A stretch of DNA of 64,000 nucleotides from Alphaproteobacteria bacterium (GTDB lineage: Bacteria > Pseudomonadota > Alphaproteobacteria > JAAXGF01): contig CAUVXB020000002.1 of the NCBI GenBank assembly GCA_963555825.3, forward strand, positions 608,001 through 672,000. Direction: 5' to 3'. The notes below the pieces were generated by a model. It had not been told where the DNA came from, made no database searches, and saw only the letters and a program-made list of their open reading frames with translations. How positions within the stretch are numbered: position 1 is the stretch's first letter; every line of letters starts with the position of its first letter. The translations under genes were made by a program, and so were the position numbers. Below, one piece after another: positions 41,393 through 51,464 of the stretch.

Positions 41393-42845
41393 GTTCCGGT
41401 CCTCCTTGGACACTTCGATTAAGCCAATTCTGTGTCCAAGGAAATCGGGTCCGACTCACGGCCCCAAGCGCAGAAGGGAGCGCTGCAATAATCTCGGAGC
41501 CCGTATCGAGGAGAGGCTGCCTGTCGAATGCGCTTGGCTCGTTCGGCGACCAGCTAATGCTCTGCTCATCGCGTGGCAGGACAAAGCGGCTCAGCCATTG
41601 CACATCACATCCTGCGACTGCCAAATCTCGATACGAAAATGTTGTGCGCGCTGCGAGTTGCTTCATCGTTGGAATGCTCTTGATGGGAAGAGCTTCGAGA
41701 GGGCGCCCCGGGCCCTCCAGAAACGCGTCCAGATCAGCGCGAGCGCATAGAAGGTCCGATAGAACCAGTAGCGCCTGGCAGCTTCGCTTTGCTGCCCTGA
41801 GTTTGCCGCGGTCAGGCATTCCCTCGACTGCATGAAGGATGTGCTGGAGATGATGTCCGTTTGCCTCACGAAGACCTTCCAAGATTCGATAGTTTGCGCC
41901 ATCGAAGATTACGCGCGTCACGAAGACATCCTCGGCTGGGTCCTCCAGAGGCCCCACTCGCGTGCCAACCGATTTGAACCAGCGCGACGCGTTCTGCAGT
42001 GTCGGACTCCGCCGACCATTGCAGTTCGCTAGGGCCAAGTGCGCAATTGCCTCCAATCGGAGGGTATTTGCCTGCAAAACCGGAAGTGTCAGCAGTCCTC
42101 CGATTGCGGCGACGGACTTGTGCAAGTCACAATGGCCAAAGCCAACTCCGAGACCCCGTGCATCTGAATTGGCCATGTCGTGACGTCACCTTTCTCATCA
42201 ACAAGCGTCTCGTTTTCGGTCTAGATCGGGATTCCCCATATGGAAACCTCCCAGCCCGTTGAGTGTGACTCGAAACCGCTCGACGTGCAATTCGCCTTCG
42301 AATGACAGCCATCTTCGCGCCGATCCGGATGATTGAGGACCAATTGGCGGCGTTGGTGGCGCGGAATGGCATTTTTGCCGGCGATCCGGGCCGATCCGGG
42401 CGCACCGAACCAGATACTCCCACTCGCGCGCGATCACCGCGCACCGCGACCAGTCCCAGTCCGGCGAAAGAGCGGCAAGGCGCAGCAACTCTGCCACGGT
42501 CGTTCGCGCTTGCGAAAGCGGGTTGCGGCCGGCCGGCAGGATTTGCACCCGCCCCCGCGAGACCGGGTCGAGTTCCTGCCACGGTCCGCCCGGCGGGTCC
42601 TTCACGCGCGCCCTGTCGATGTGGAGGGGTGCCGGGCCTTCATCCGCTCCCGCGCTGGCTCGAAAGCGCTACGGGAGGCCGATCCCGGCCTGCTGGCTGC
42701 ATGGCATTGGCTGACCACGCCGGAACGGGAAAGCGCCGGCGGCGGGACGGATGGAGATCGCGCTGGCCGATGGCTCGCGGGTGATCGTCGACCGGGAGGT
42801 GGACGGTTCGGCGCTGGCGCGGGTGCTGGCGGTTCTGGCACGCCG

Positions 42846-43193
42846 ATGATCCCGGTTCCGGGCGGTGTTCGGGTCTGGCTGGCGACCGGGGTGACCGACA
42901 TGCGGCGCGGCATGAACACCCTGGCGCTTCAGGTCCAGGAGGATCTCGGGCGCGACCCGCATGCGGGGGATTTGTGTATCTTCCGCGGTCGTCGAGGCGA
43001 CCTCGTAAAATGCCTGTGGCATGACGGGGTGGGGATCTCGCTCTACGCCAAGCGGCTTGAGCGCGGCCGGTTCCAGTGGCCGACGACGTCGGGGGGTGCG
43101 GTGTCGATCAGCGCGGCGCAGCTGGGCTACCTGCTCGAGGGGATCGATTGGCGGAACCCGGTTCGGACCTGGCGACCGTCTCGCGCGGGCTGA
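42846..43193 (+). CDS. tnpB: IS66 accessory protein TnpB
   Basis: VWLATGVTDMRRG, FRGRRGD..K.LWHDG, YAKRLERGRF.WP, LLEGIDWR. Confidence 0.92.
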   Translation: MIPVPGGVRVWLATGVTDMRRGMNTLALQVQEDLGRDPHAGDLCIFRGRRGDLVKCLWHDGVGISLYAKRLERGRFQWPTTSGGAVSISAAQLGYLLEGIDWRNPVRTWRPSRAG

Positions 43194-43264
43194 TCGGCGG
43201 GGGAACGACGCGGGCGGGAGGAATGTTGTAGCGCCGAATCGGTCGATGTGATTCGATCCCGCCG

Positions 43265-44874
43265 ATGACCGGCGGGTCCAACATCTCAGCCCTGAAGACG
43301 GCCCTCGCGGCGGCCGAGGCGCGGGCTGCGAACGCCGCGGCGAAGGTGTCCGGCGCCGCGGCGGAGATCGCCTTCCTGAAGCTGACGATCGAGAAGCTCA
43401 GGCGCGAGATGTACGGCTGGCGCTCGGAGCGCAAGCAGCGGCTTCTCGACCAGCTGGAGCTTCAGCTCGACGAGCTTGAGGCGAGCGCGACCGAGGACGA
43501 GCTGGCGGCCGAACAGGCGGCGGCCGGAACGACGCAGGTCAAGGGGTTCACGCGTCGCAAGCCGGCCCGCAAGCCGTTTCCTGCGCACCTTCCGCGCGAG
43601 CGCGTGGTAGTGCCGGGGCCGACATCCTGCGCCTGCTGCGGCTCGGAGAAGCTGTCGAAGATCGGCGAGGATGTGACTGAGACGCTGGAGGTGATCCCGC
43701 GCCGCTGGAAGGTGATCCGGTGATCCAGACGGTGCGCGAGAAGTTCACCTGCCGCCATTGCGAGAAGATCTCCCAGCTGCCGGCGCCGTTCCATGCGACA
43801 CCCCGGGGCTGGGCGGGCCCGAACCTGCTGGCGATGATCGTCTTCGAGAAGTACGGCCAGCACCAGCCGCTCAACCGCCAGCGGGATCGCTACGCGCGCG
43901 AAGGTGTCGATCTCAGCCTGTCGACCCTGGCCGACCAGGTGGGCGCCTGCACGGTGGCGCTGCGGCCGCTGCACGAGCGGATCGCGGCGCATGTGCTGGC
44001 GGCGGAGCGTCTGCACGGCGATGACACGCCGGTGCCGGTGCTGGCCAAGGGCAAGACCGCTACCGCGCGGGTCTGGGTCTACGTCCGCGACGACGCGCCG
44101 TTCGGCGGTCCTGACCCGCCGGCGGCACTATTCCGCTACTCGCGGGACCGGTCCGGCGATCACCCGGTCGAGCATCTGCGGACCTTCACCGGGATCCTCC
44201 AGGCGGACATCTACGCCGGCTACAACCGCCTCTATGCGGCCGGAAGATCGCCGGGACCTGTCACCGAGGCAGCGTGCTGGTCGCATTGCTGGAGGAAGTT
44301 CTTCGAGCTCGCCGACATCGCGGCCAGCAAGGGACGCGGCAAGAACGCGCCGCCGATCTCGCCGCTCGCGCTGGAGGCGGTGAAGCGGATCGACGTGCTG
44401 TTCGACATCGAGCGCGGGATCAACGGCAAGGCCGCCGAGCAGCGCCTCGACGTACGCCAGGAGCTGAGCGCGCCGGTGCTGGCCGATCTCAAGGGCTGGA
44501 TGCAGGCCGAGCGCAGGAAGCTGTCGCGCCATTCCCCCGTGGCCAAGGCGATGGATTACATGCTCAGGCGCTGGGACCTCTTCGCCCGCTTCCTCGACGA
44601 CGGCCGCATCTGCCTTACGAACAACGCCGCCGAAAGGGCACTGCGCGGTATCGCTTTGGGCAGGAAGTCGTGGCTGTTCGCCGGCTCCGACCGCGGCGGC
44701 GTGCGGGCGGCGGCGATGTACACGCTCATCGGCACCGCCAAGCTCAACAATGTCGATCCGCAGGCCTGGCTCGCCGACATCCTCGACCGCATCGCCGGGA
44801 CGCCGCAGAGCCAGCTCGACGAACTCCTCCCGTGGAACGGGCAAGACAGCCAGCGGCACGATCAGGCCGCATAG
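43265..44874 (+). pseudogene. tnpC: IS66 transposase TnpC, frameshifted by an 8-bp duplication at 43711-43726
   Basis: PAHLPRERV, KYGQHQPLNRQ, LHGDDTPV, NNAAERALR; GGTGATCCGGTGATCC. Confidence 0.88.
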
Positions 44875-45009
44875 GCCGAGACCTCCGCCTGGCGCTTCCT
44901 CACCGGAAATGCGCCGCCACCAAACTCAGCCCCAAATACCCCGCAGCCTTCGGCGGATGCCTACCTCAGATCAACATCCCTTGCAACGGGAGAGCCGTCC
45001 ATAGATATA

Positions 45010-45192
45010 GTAAGTGACCTCGCTGATCCCCAACTGCCGGATCGCATCCGCCATCGACATGCCCTGGCTGTGCAGAACCTCCGCCTGCCGCAGCAGGCTG
45101 ACGATCTCCTCCGGCTTGTAACGCTTCCTTGCCATCGTTGATCCTCCTCATTCCCAAACCCAAGGATGGACCAATTCGATGGGGGAGGATCA
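45010..45192 (-). mobile_element. IS3-family left end with an orfA fragment
   Basis: TGATCCTCCCCC end; MARKRYKPEEIVSLLRQAEVL..QG..MADAIRQLGISEVTY. Confidence 0.8.
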
Positions 45193-45566
45193 CCAGGAAC
45201 CTGCGCCGTGCCCGTCTTCACCGGAGCCTCGACCTTGCCCTTGATGATTGCGACTGTCGGCTATTTCATGATCTTTACCACGCTGATCGCGCTGGTGCTC
45301 ATCACAGCGGCATCGCCAGGCTGGAGCCAGCGCGGTCCGGTTCGCCGTGCAAGAAGGGGCGATGGGCCCGCCCTAGCAAAGCAGCGAGCGTCGCACCGCC
45401 GAGACCGAAGGGATCAGCGGGTACCGCCGAACCCGGCCGAGAGGTCCTCGCGCGCGATGACGCCGCCCATGTAGTTTCGACTCCCTTCAACGTAAAGACT
45501 CTCCACTTGGCATGCGGATTCATACGCGCTAGTGCACCCGCATATCGCGAGGGTGCAGATCGGCGA

Positions 45567-46250
45567 TTAGCGGCAGAACGGCCAGACTTGATACCAGGAG
45601 TCGCACCGAAAGCTGGATTCACAGCGCACAAGCTGCGCTCTATAACGATCCGAGGTCGCAGCGACCCGCCGGGCGGCACGCTGCACCTTCGGCTTGTCCC
45701 TCCAGGTGCCCCGCCGATATCCGCCCTGCCCTTCGTGGTAGGCGAGGTAGAGGCGCTGCGCGTCGGTGAGGGGTATGCCGAGCTGACGTCTGGTTCGGTG
45801 GTTGTACCAGCCGATGAAGTCCAGGGCATCTTCCATGTCGCCGCGGCTGCGGAACAGACGTCCCCGTTCCGCTTGGTATTCGTTCCAGACCGGATCCTGT
45901 GCCTGCGCATAGCCCTTGGCAGAAGACGGACGGCCGAGCGGTATGAACCAGAGCCATTGGCGCGGCGGCCGGGCGTCGCCCCGATAACTCGATTCGTGGC
46001 GCACGAACGACATCTGCACGTGGATCGGTGTTCCCCAGCGGCTTGCGGACTTCCGGGCATAGTCATACCAGTCGGGGTACTGCCGGAACACCTCGCAGAT
46101 ATCCGCCTGTCGTGTCGGCGGCGATGCGGTGCCACAGCCGGCGAGCGGTATCAATGCGGCCAACAACACGGCCGCGACCAATTTGGGGGAATCGCAGACC
46201 GCTGTCCGCAAGTCGGACAGCCGGAAAGACAAGCGCACTGGCTGCTGCAT
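45567..46250 (-). CDS. Transglycosylase SLT-domain lipoprotein
   Basis: Lipobox LAGC; RHESSY (catalytic Glu); ARPPR..L.FIP..RPSSA.GYAQA; YLAYHEG. Confidence 0.85.
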   Translation of the reverse strand: MQQPVRLSFRLSDLRTAVCDSPKLVAAVLLAALIPLAGCGTASPPTRQADICEVFRQYPDWYDYARKSASRWGTPIHVQMSFVRHESSYRGDARPPRQWLWFIPLGRPSSAKGYAQAQDPVWNEYQAERGRLFRSRGDMEDALDFIGWYNHRTRRQLGIPLTDAQRLYLAYHEGQGGYRRGTWRDKPKVQRAARRVAATSDRYRAQLVRCESSFRCDSWYQVWPFCR

Positions 46251-46329
46251 GCGGTCCTCTTACTGATTTCCTCCGCCTCAGATTCCTCCTCGGGGCCCGG
46301 GCGATCGCCCACACCGGCCAATCACAACA

Positions 46330-47478
46330 TTATTCTATATTGGTGACGCGTGCATTGACTGAATCCCGCGCCAGATGCGCATACCGGGCGGTGGTCCGGA
46401 TCTGGCTGTGCCCGAGCAGCTTGGCGATCACGGGCAGGCTCTCGCCCAGCGCCAGCGCCCTCGACGCGAAGGAATGCCGGCAGTCGTGAATCCTGACGTT
46501 CTCGACCCCCGCGCGCTCCCGCACGATCCGCCACGGGTCGTCCAGGTTGGTCATGTGCGTGTCCGGCTTCTGGCCGGGGATTACCCAGGGGTTGCCCGGA
46601 ACCCGGGGCAGTTCCGCCAGCACCTTCGCCGCCGGCGGCGACAGCGGCACCGCGCGCGGGCCCGTCTTGCTTTCGCGGAGCCTAAATTCGCCGGCCTCGA
46701 GGTCGATGTCAGTCCATTGCAGGGACAGGATCTCGCTCTTGCGGCAGCCGGTCAGCATCAGCAGCCGGATCGCCGCCACGGCATGGACCGACACCCCGCC
46801 CTCGGTGGGGGCCTCGCCGAGAACCTCGCCGAAGCGGCGGAACTCGGTGTCGGTCAGGAACCGCTCGCGCCCGCGCGCCGGGTACTTGCGCACCGACCGG
46901 CAAGGGTTGGTGCCGTCGGGGACCATCTCCCAGTCCGCGGCCATCGCATACATGCGCGACATCAGCGCCACCGCCCGGTTCGCCGCGTAGGGAACCCCGT
47001 TCAGCCGGACGTGGAACGCCGCCACCCGCTCGCGCTCCACCGCGAGCAGCGGGAGTTTGCCGAACTCCGGCACGATGTACTTGCCGAGCAGCCCCCGGAT
47101 GCCCTCCGCCGTGGACTGCTTGCAGCGCACCGCGACATGCTTCTCCATGTAGCGCGCCGCCAAGCCGGCCACCGTCGGCCCGCCCGCGAGCCGGGCCGGC
47201 AGCGGTTCCGGTATCGGGTCTTCGCCCGCCTTGATCCGGTTGACGATCCGCGCCGCCCGGCGCCGCGCCTCGTCGGCGGAGATCACCCCGTGCCGGCCCA
47301 CCGTCACCCGCACCGACTTTCCTTTCGTCCGGCTTTGCACGACGTACATCTTCGTGCCCGAGGCGTAGACCCTGATGCCGAACCCCGGCAGGTCCCGATC
47401 CCAGAACACCGTGTCCTTCTCGACCTTGAGCGCCTCGACGGTGCGCCGGGAGATCGAACGCCGGTTCAGCTTGGCCAT
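46330..47478 (-). CDS. Tyrosine recombinase/integrase with N-terminal arm-DNA-binding domain (Int1)
   Basis: FWDRDLPGFGIRV; LTGCRKSE, ESKTG, HDCRH, LLGH, TARY (full R-K-H-R-H-Y set). Confidence 0.93.
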   Translation of the reverse strand: MAKLNRRSISRRTVEALKVEKDTVFWDRDLPGFGIRVYASGTKMYVVQSRTKGKSVRVTVGRHGVISADEARRRAARIVNRIKAGEDPIPEPLPARLAGGPTVAGLAARYMEKHVAVRCKQSTAEGIRGLLGKYIVPEFGKLPLLAVERERVAAFHVRLNGVPYAANRAVALMSRMYAMAADWEMVPDGTNPCRSVRKYPARGRERFLTDTEFRRFGEVLGEAPTEGGVSVHAVAAIRLLMLTGCRKSEILSLQWTDIDLEAGEFRLRESKTGPRAVPLSPPAAKVLAELPRVPGNPWVIPGQKPDTHMTNLDDPWRIVRERAGVENVRIHDCRHSFASRALALGESLPVIAKLLGHSQIRTTARYAHLARDSVNARVTNIE

Positions 47479-48665
47479 TACGCCGCCTCCGCGCCGTCCG
47501 CCGGCAGGATGTCGGCGCCGATGCTGCCGGCCACTTTGGCCGCCGAGGCCTTCTCGGTGTCGCGCGCGAGATGCGCATAGCGCGCGGTGGTCTCGATCCT
47601 GTTGTGGCCTAACAGCTTCCCGATCATGCTCAGGCTCTCGCCGAGCGCCAGCGCACGGCTCGCCCAGGAATGCCGCAGGTCATGGATGCGCACGTCGTCC
47701 AGCCTGGCCCGGGCACGTACGATCAGCCACGGATCGTTGACGTTGGTCATGCGCGCGCCCGGCTTCTGCCCGGCGATCACCCACGGGTTGTCCGGAACCC
47801 GGGGAATATCTTCCAGCACGCCGGCCACGGCGGGTGTCAGCGGCACCATGCGCGCGCCGGTCTTGCCGTCGCGCAGCCGTAGCTCCCCCACCGTCCGGTC
47901 GATGTCGTCCCACCTGAGCTCCAGCACCTCGTTGCGCCGGCACCCGGTCAGCACCAGCAGCCGGATCGCCGCCGCCGCATGGAGCGACACCGTCCGCTTC
48001 GCCTCCATCTCATCGACCGCCCGGCCGAGCCGGCAATACTCCTCCTCCGTCAGGAACCGCTCGCGCGGGTGCGTCCGGTACTTGCGCACCGCCCGGCATG
48101 GGTTCGGCCCGTGCTCCCGCAGGCCCCATTCGACGGCCAGCGACAGCACCTTGGCCACGATCTTCAGCACCGCGTTCGCCGCATGGGGCTCGCCGCGCAT
48201 CGCGTAATGCAGTTCCATCACCTGCTCGCGCCCGACCTCGCCCACACGCATCTCGCCCAGCGCCGGCAGGATGTGGTTGTCGAGCGCCCGCCGGTAGACC
48301 TCCGCGCTCGACGCCCTGCAGTGCGAGGGCACGTAATCGCGCATGTAGCGCTCGGCGAGAACGGCCATCGTCGGCTCGGGCTCCGGCGGAAGGGGAATCG
48401 GATCCTCGCCCCGCTTGATGCGGTCGATGGCCTCCGCCGCCCGGCGCCGCGCCTCGTCGGCGGTGAGTTTCCCGTGCCGTCCAAGCGTCGCCCTCTTCGA
48501 CCCGCCGGGGCCGCGCGACTGGACGACGTATTTCTTCAGGCCCGAGGGATAGACCCTGATGCCGAAGCCGGGGAGGTCCCGGTCCCAGAACACGGCGTCG
48601 CGATGCTCGACCGACAACGCGTCGACGGTGCGTTTGGTGATAACCCGTTCCTGGCGTCTCGGCAT
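47478..48665 (-). CDS. Tyrosine recombinase/integrase with arm-binding domain (Int2)
   Basis: ITKRTVDAL..FWDRDLPGFG; LTGCRRNE, DGKTG, HDLRH, LLGH, TARY; stop overlaps the Int1 start (TAATG). Confidence 0.93.
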   Translation of the reverse strand: MPRRQERVITKRTVDALSVEHRDAVFWDRDLPGFGIRVYPSGLKKYVVQSRGPGGSKRATLGRHGKLTADEARRRAAEAIDRIKRGEDPIPLPPEPEPTMAVLAERYMRDYVPSHCRASSAEVYRRALDNHILPALGEMRVGEVGREQVMELHYAMRGEPHAANAVLKIVAKVLSLAVEWGLREHGPNPCRAVRKYRTHPRERFLTEEEYCRLGRAVDEMEAKRTVSLHAAAAIRLLVLTGCRRNEVLELRWDDIDRTVGELRLRDGKTGARMVPLTPAVAGVLEDIPRVPDNPWVIAGQKPGARMTNVNDPWLIVRARARLDDVRIHDLRHSWASRALALGESLSMIGKLLGHNRIETTARYAHLARDTEKASAAKVAGSIGADILPADGAEAA

Positions 48666-48752
48666 GGCGTTCCCGGCTATTCTCGTTCTGCCGCCCGGAC
48701 GATCCGTAAGCACTATGCAAGCGACCGCCCTCAAACCGGGGCGCATCATGGC

Positions 48753-48771
48753 GCGTCCCTGACAGGGACGC
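48753..48771. promoter_or_regulatory. 19-bp palindrome between the divergent integrase pairs
   Basis: GCGTCCCTG-A-CAGGGACGC. Confidence 0.5.
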
Positions 48772-48873
48772 AAGCGGGAAATGGCAGCGAAAATCTTCTA
48801 GAAACATAGGAGAACCGCTACTTTATCGCACTCCTGCGCATCTCTGCGCAGCCGTGGCGATGCGGGAGAATTA

Positions 48874-50073
48874 ATGCATCATGATATGACCGGCTTCGGC
48901 ATCCAGGTGCATCCCTCCGGCATCAAATCCTTCTTCGTCAACTACCGCACCGGCAACGGTGGCAGAAAGGCATCCAACAAGCGTGTCGTTCTTGGCCGCT
49001 TTGGCAGGATGTCACCCGAGCAGGCGAGGCGTCTCGCCCATCAGGCACTGGGCAAGGTCGCTGGTGGCGCCGACCCGGCAGGCGAGCGCGCCGAGGTGCG
49101 CGGCATGCCTCTTCTCAAGCAGGCCTTCACCGATTACATGGCGGGTAATCCCAACCGGGCGGCGCGCACCGAAAAACTGTACCTTGAACAGTTCGCCCGC
49201 TATCTCGGCGACTGGCAACTGCGTCCCCTTGACAGCATCACCCGGCGGGACGTGGAGGATCGTTTCAGCCGCCTCACGGAAGATCATGGCTGGGCCTGCG
49301 CCAACCGGGGAATATCGCTCCTGGGTTCGATATACCGCCGGCCATGCGTCGATTTCGAGGGCCTGCGCAACCCGGTCGACCTGTGGCGCGCCGGAGGCGG
49401 CAAGTATCATCGCCCGAAGCGGCGCAAGATCTCCGCACCCGCCGAGGTGCTGCCGCGCTGGCGGGCGGGCATCGAAGCGGTGGTGGCGACGCCGAAGGTC
49501 CGGGATGCATTCTGGTTCGGGCTCTATACGGGAATGCGCCTCAACGAGGTGCTGTCCCTGCGGTGGGAACGAGTGGACATGGCGGAGCTTGTCTTCCGGG
49601 TTGATGAAACCAAGACCGGCGAGCCCCTGGAACTGCCCATCACCCGGCAACTGGCGGCCATCCTCGAACACCGCAACCGGGAGAGCGAAACGCTACCGGG
49701 CGATCTTCGCGGCTGGGTGTTCCCGTCCTCAGCCAGAGCAGGCCACATCTCTGACCTCAGTCAATTCTATGCGCGAATCGGAACGGCGGGCGGTGCGAAG
49801 TTCTGGTACCACGCACTGCGGAATTGTTTCATTACCGTCGCCGAGCGCGACCTGCTGCTGCCGCTGTCCTTGACCAAACGGCTTGTCAACCACGCCCGGC
49901 CCAACGACGTCACCGAGGGCTACGCCGCCGACTGGACCATCGGGCAACTGCGGGAACCGGCTCAGCGCATCGCGGATCGGATCGAGGCACTGATGAACGA
50001 TTGCCCGGCCAAAACGGCCACGGCAAGCTCCATCGGCAGGCCCCGCGTGCCGCACTGGATCAGTCCGGAATGA
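48874..50073 (+). CDS. P4-like tyrosine integrase (Int3), probably missing about 30 N-terminal residues
   Basis: TGFGIQV.PSG.KSF..NYR; YTGMRLNE, ETKTG, YHALRN, LVNH, TEGY. Confidence 0.88.
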   Translation: MHHDMTGFGIQVHPSGIKSFFVNYRTGNGGRKASNKRVVLGRFGRMSPEQARRLAHQALGKVAGGADPAGERAEVRGMPLLKQAFTDYMAGNPNRAARTEKLYLEQFARYLGDWQLRPLDSITRRDVEDRFSRLTEDHGWACANRGISLLGSIYRRPCVDFEGLRNPVDLWRAGGGKYHRPKRRKISAPAEVLPRWRAGIEAVVATPKVRDAFWFGLYTGMRLNEVLSLRWERVDMAELVFRVDETKTGEPLELPITRQLAAILEHRNRESETLPGDLRGWVFPSSARAGHISDLSQFYARIGTAGGAKFWYHALRNCFITVAERDLLLPLSLTKRLVNHARPNDVTEGYAADWTIGQLREPAQRIADRIEALMNDCPAKTATASSIGRPRVPHWISPE

Positions 50074-51323
50074 CGAAACCCTCCGGAAAACGTATCGCGC
50101 TGAACAAGCTGTCCTTGACCAAACGCACTGTCGAGGCGCTGAAGCCCGCCGCCAAGTCCTGGATCGCCTGGGATGACACCTTGACCGGGTTCGGTATCCG
50201 AGTGCAGCCCACCGGCCTCAAATCCTACATCGTCAACTACCGCGCTGGAGACGGCGGAAGAAAGGCGCCCAACAAGCGCGTCGTTCTTGGCCGCCACGGC
50301 GGGATAACGGCCGAGCAAGCCCGGCATATGGCGCAGCGGGTGTTGCGCGAAGCCGGCGACGGTCCGGCGGGCGGGCGCGCCGAGACGGGCGGCATGCCCC
50401 TGCTCGAGCAAGCCTTCGATGACTATATGGCGGTCAATCCCAAACGAACCACGCGCACCAATAAACACTATCGCAACATATTCGGCTATCTCGCCGACTG
50501 GCGCATGCGTCCGCTCGACGCCATCGGCCGCCGGGATGTAGAGGACCGTTTCAACAGCCTCACCCGGAATAACGGTTGGGCGCCGGCCAACATGTCGATA
50601 TCGCTCCTGGGTTCGATCTATCGCCGGCCCTGCGTCGATCTCGAGGGCCTGCGCAACCCGGTCGAGCTGTGGCGCGCCGGCGGCGGCAAGTATCATCCCC
50701 CGAAGCGGCGCAAGATCTCCGCTCCGGCGGAGGTGCTGCCGCGCTGGAAGAAAGGCATCGAGGCGGGGGCCATCGCGCCGGTTGCCCGGGACGCGTTCCG
50801 GTTCGGGCTGTACACCGGCATGCGCCTGAACGAGGTGTTGCCGCTCCGGTGGGAGCGCGTGGACATGGCGGAGCTTGTCTTCCGCGTTGACGAGACCAAG
50901 ACCGGCGCCCCCCTGGAACTGCCCATTACCCGGCAACTGGCCGCCATCCTCGAACGCCGCCGGGCAGTGATCGCGACCCTGCCGGGCGGGCTTCGGGACT
51001 GGGTGTTCCCGTCCTCCGCCAGCGCCTCGGGCCATGTCGTCGACTTGGCTCATTTCTACCGGCTGATCGGCGAGACGGGCGGCACGAAGTTCTGGTACCA
51101 CGCTTTGCGGAATTGTTTCATCACAGTGGCAGAGCGCGACCTGCTGCTGCCGCGCACTTTGACCAAGCGGCTGGTCAACCACGTCCGGCCCAACGACATC
51201 ACCGAGGGATACGCGGCCGACTGGACCATCGGGCAACTGCGCGAACCCGCGCAGGGCATCGCTGACCGGATCGATGCCCTTATGAACGCAACCGCGGCGG
51301 CGGCTCCGTCAAACCCGCCGTAA
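50070..51323 (+). CDS. P4-like tyrosine integrase (Int4), close paralog of Int3
   Basis: ATGA overlap with Int3; LTKRTVEALKP..WDDTLTGFG; same catalytic motifs. Confidence 0.9.
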   Translation: MTKPSGKRIALNKLSLTKRTVEALKPAAKSWIAWDDTLTGFGIRVQPTGLKSYIVNYRAGDGGRKAPNKRVVLGRHGGITAEQARHMAQRVLREAGDGPAGGRAETGGMPLLEQAFDDYMAVNPKRTTRTNKHYRNIFGYLADWRMRPLDAIGRRDVEDRFNSLTRNNGWAPANMSISLLGSIYRRPCVDLEGLRNPVELWRAGGGKYHPPKRRKISAPAEVLPRWKKGIEAGAIAPVARDAFRFGLYTGMRLNEVLPLRWERVDMAELVFRVDETKTGAPLELPITRQLAAILERRRAVIATLPGGLRDWVFPSSASASGHVVDLAHFYRLIGETGGTKFWYHALRNCFITVAERDLLLPRTLTKRLVNHVRPNDITEGYAADWTIGQLREPAQGIADRIDALMNATAAAAPSNPP

Positions 51324-51464
51324 ATGGGATCAAAACATCGAGTATTATAACGTGGAATGTCGGGAACGCTGCATGATGCTTGAGACTTAACGAGTGGGAT
51401 TTTGGTTTCCGCAAGTGTTCAAACTTGATGGGCGCAGCCCGAAGAACCTGCCACCTCCTGACGG

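Larger units (their letters stand above)
40039..41458 (-). mobile_element. IS3-like two-ORF element with a 14-bp target duplication
   Basis: Ends TGAGTCGGACCCGATTTCCTTGGACAC / TGTATCGCACCCGGTTCCTTGGACAC; flanking direct repeat CGGCCCCAAGCGCA (40025-40038, 41459-41472). Confidence 0.88.
39902..42176 (-). pseudogene. Unidentified hypothetical gene interrupted by the IS at 40039-41458 and truncated near 39902
   Basis: Frame reads through (..LPSALGA|AVREAVIETC..) once the IS and one target duplication are removed; LQANTLRLE and EDPAEDVFV motifs; lower GC. Confidence 0.6.
42680..44964 (+). mobile_element. IS66-family element (left end lost, tnpC frameshifted)
   Basis: tnpA tail (MEIALADGSRVIVD..ALARVL), tnpB, tnpC, right end GGATGCCTAC. 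Confidence 0.85.

Noticed and set aside
42302-42845. N-terminal extension of IS66 TnpB (286-aa ORF)
   Set aside because: The true tnpB starts at 42846, overlapping the tnpA stop; the upstream part is unassigned sequence plus the tnpA remnant in another frame.
46330-51323. RIT element or integron integrase
   Set aside because: Not three co-oriented recombinases; arm-binding domains are present; no IntI insert or attC array was seen.
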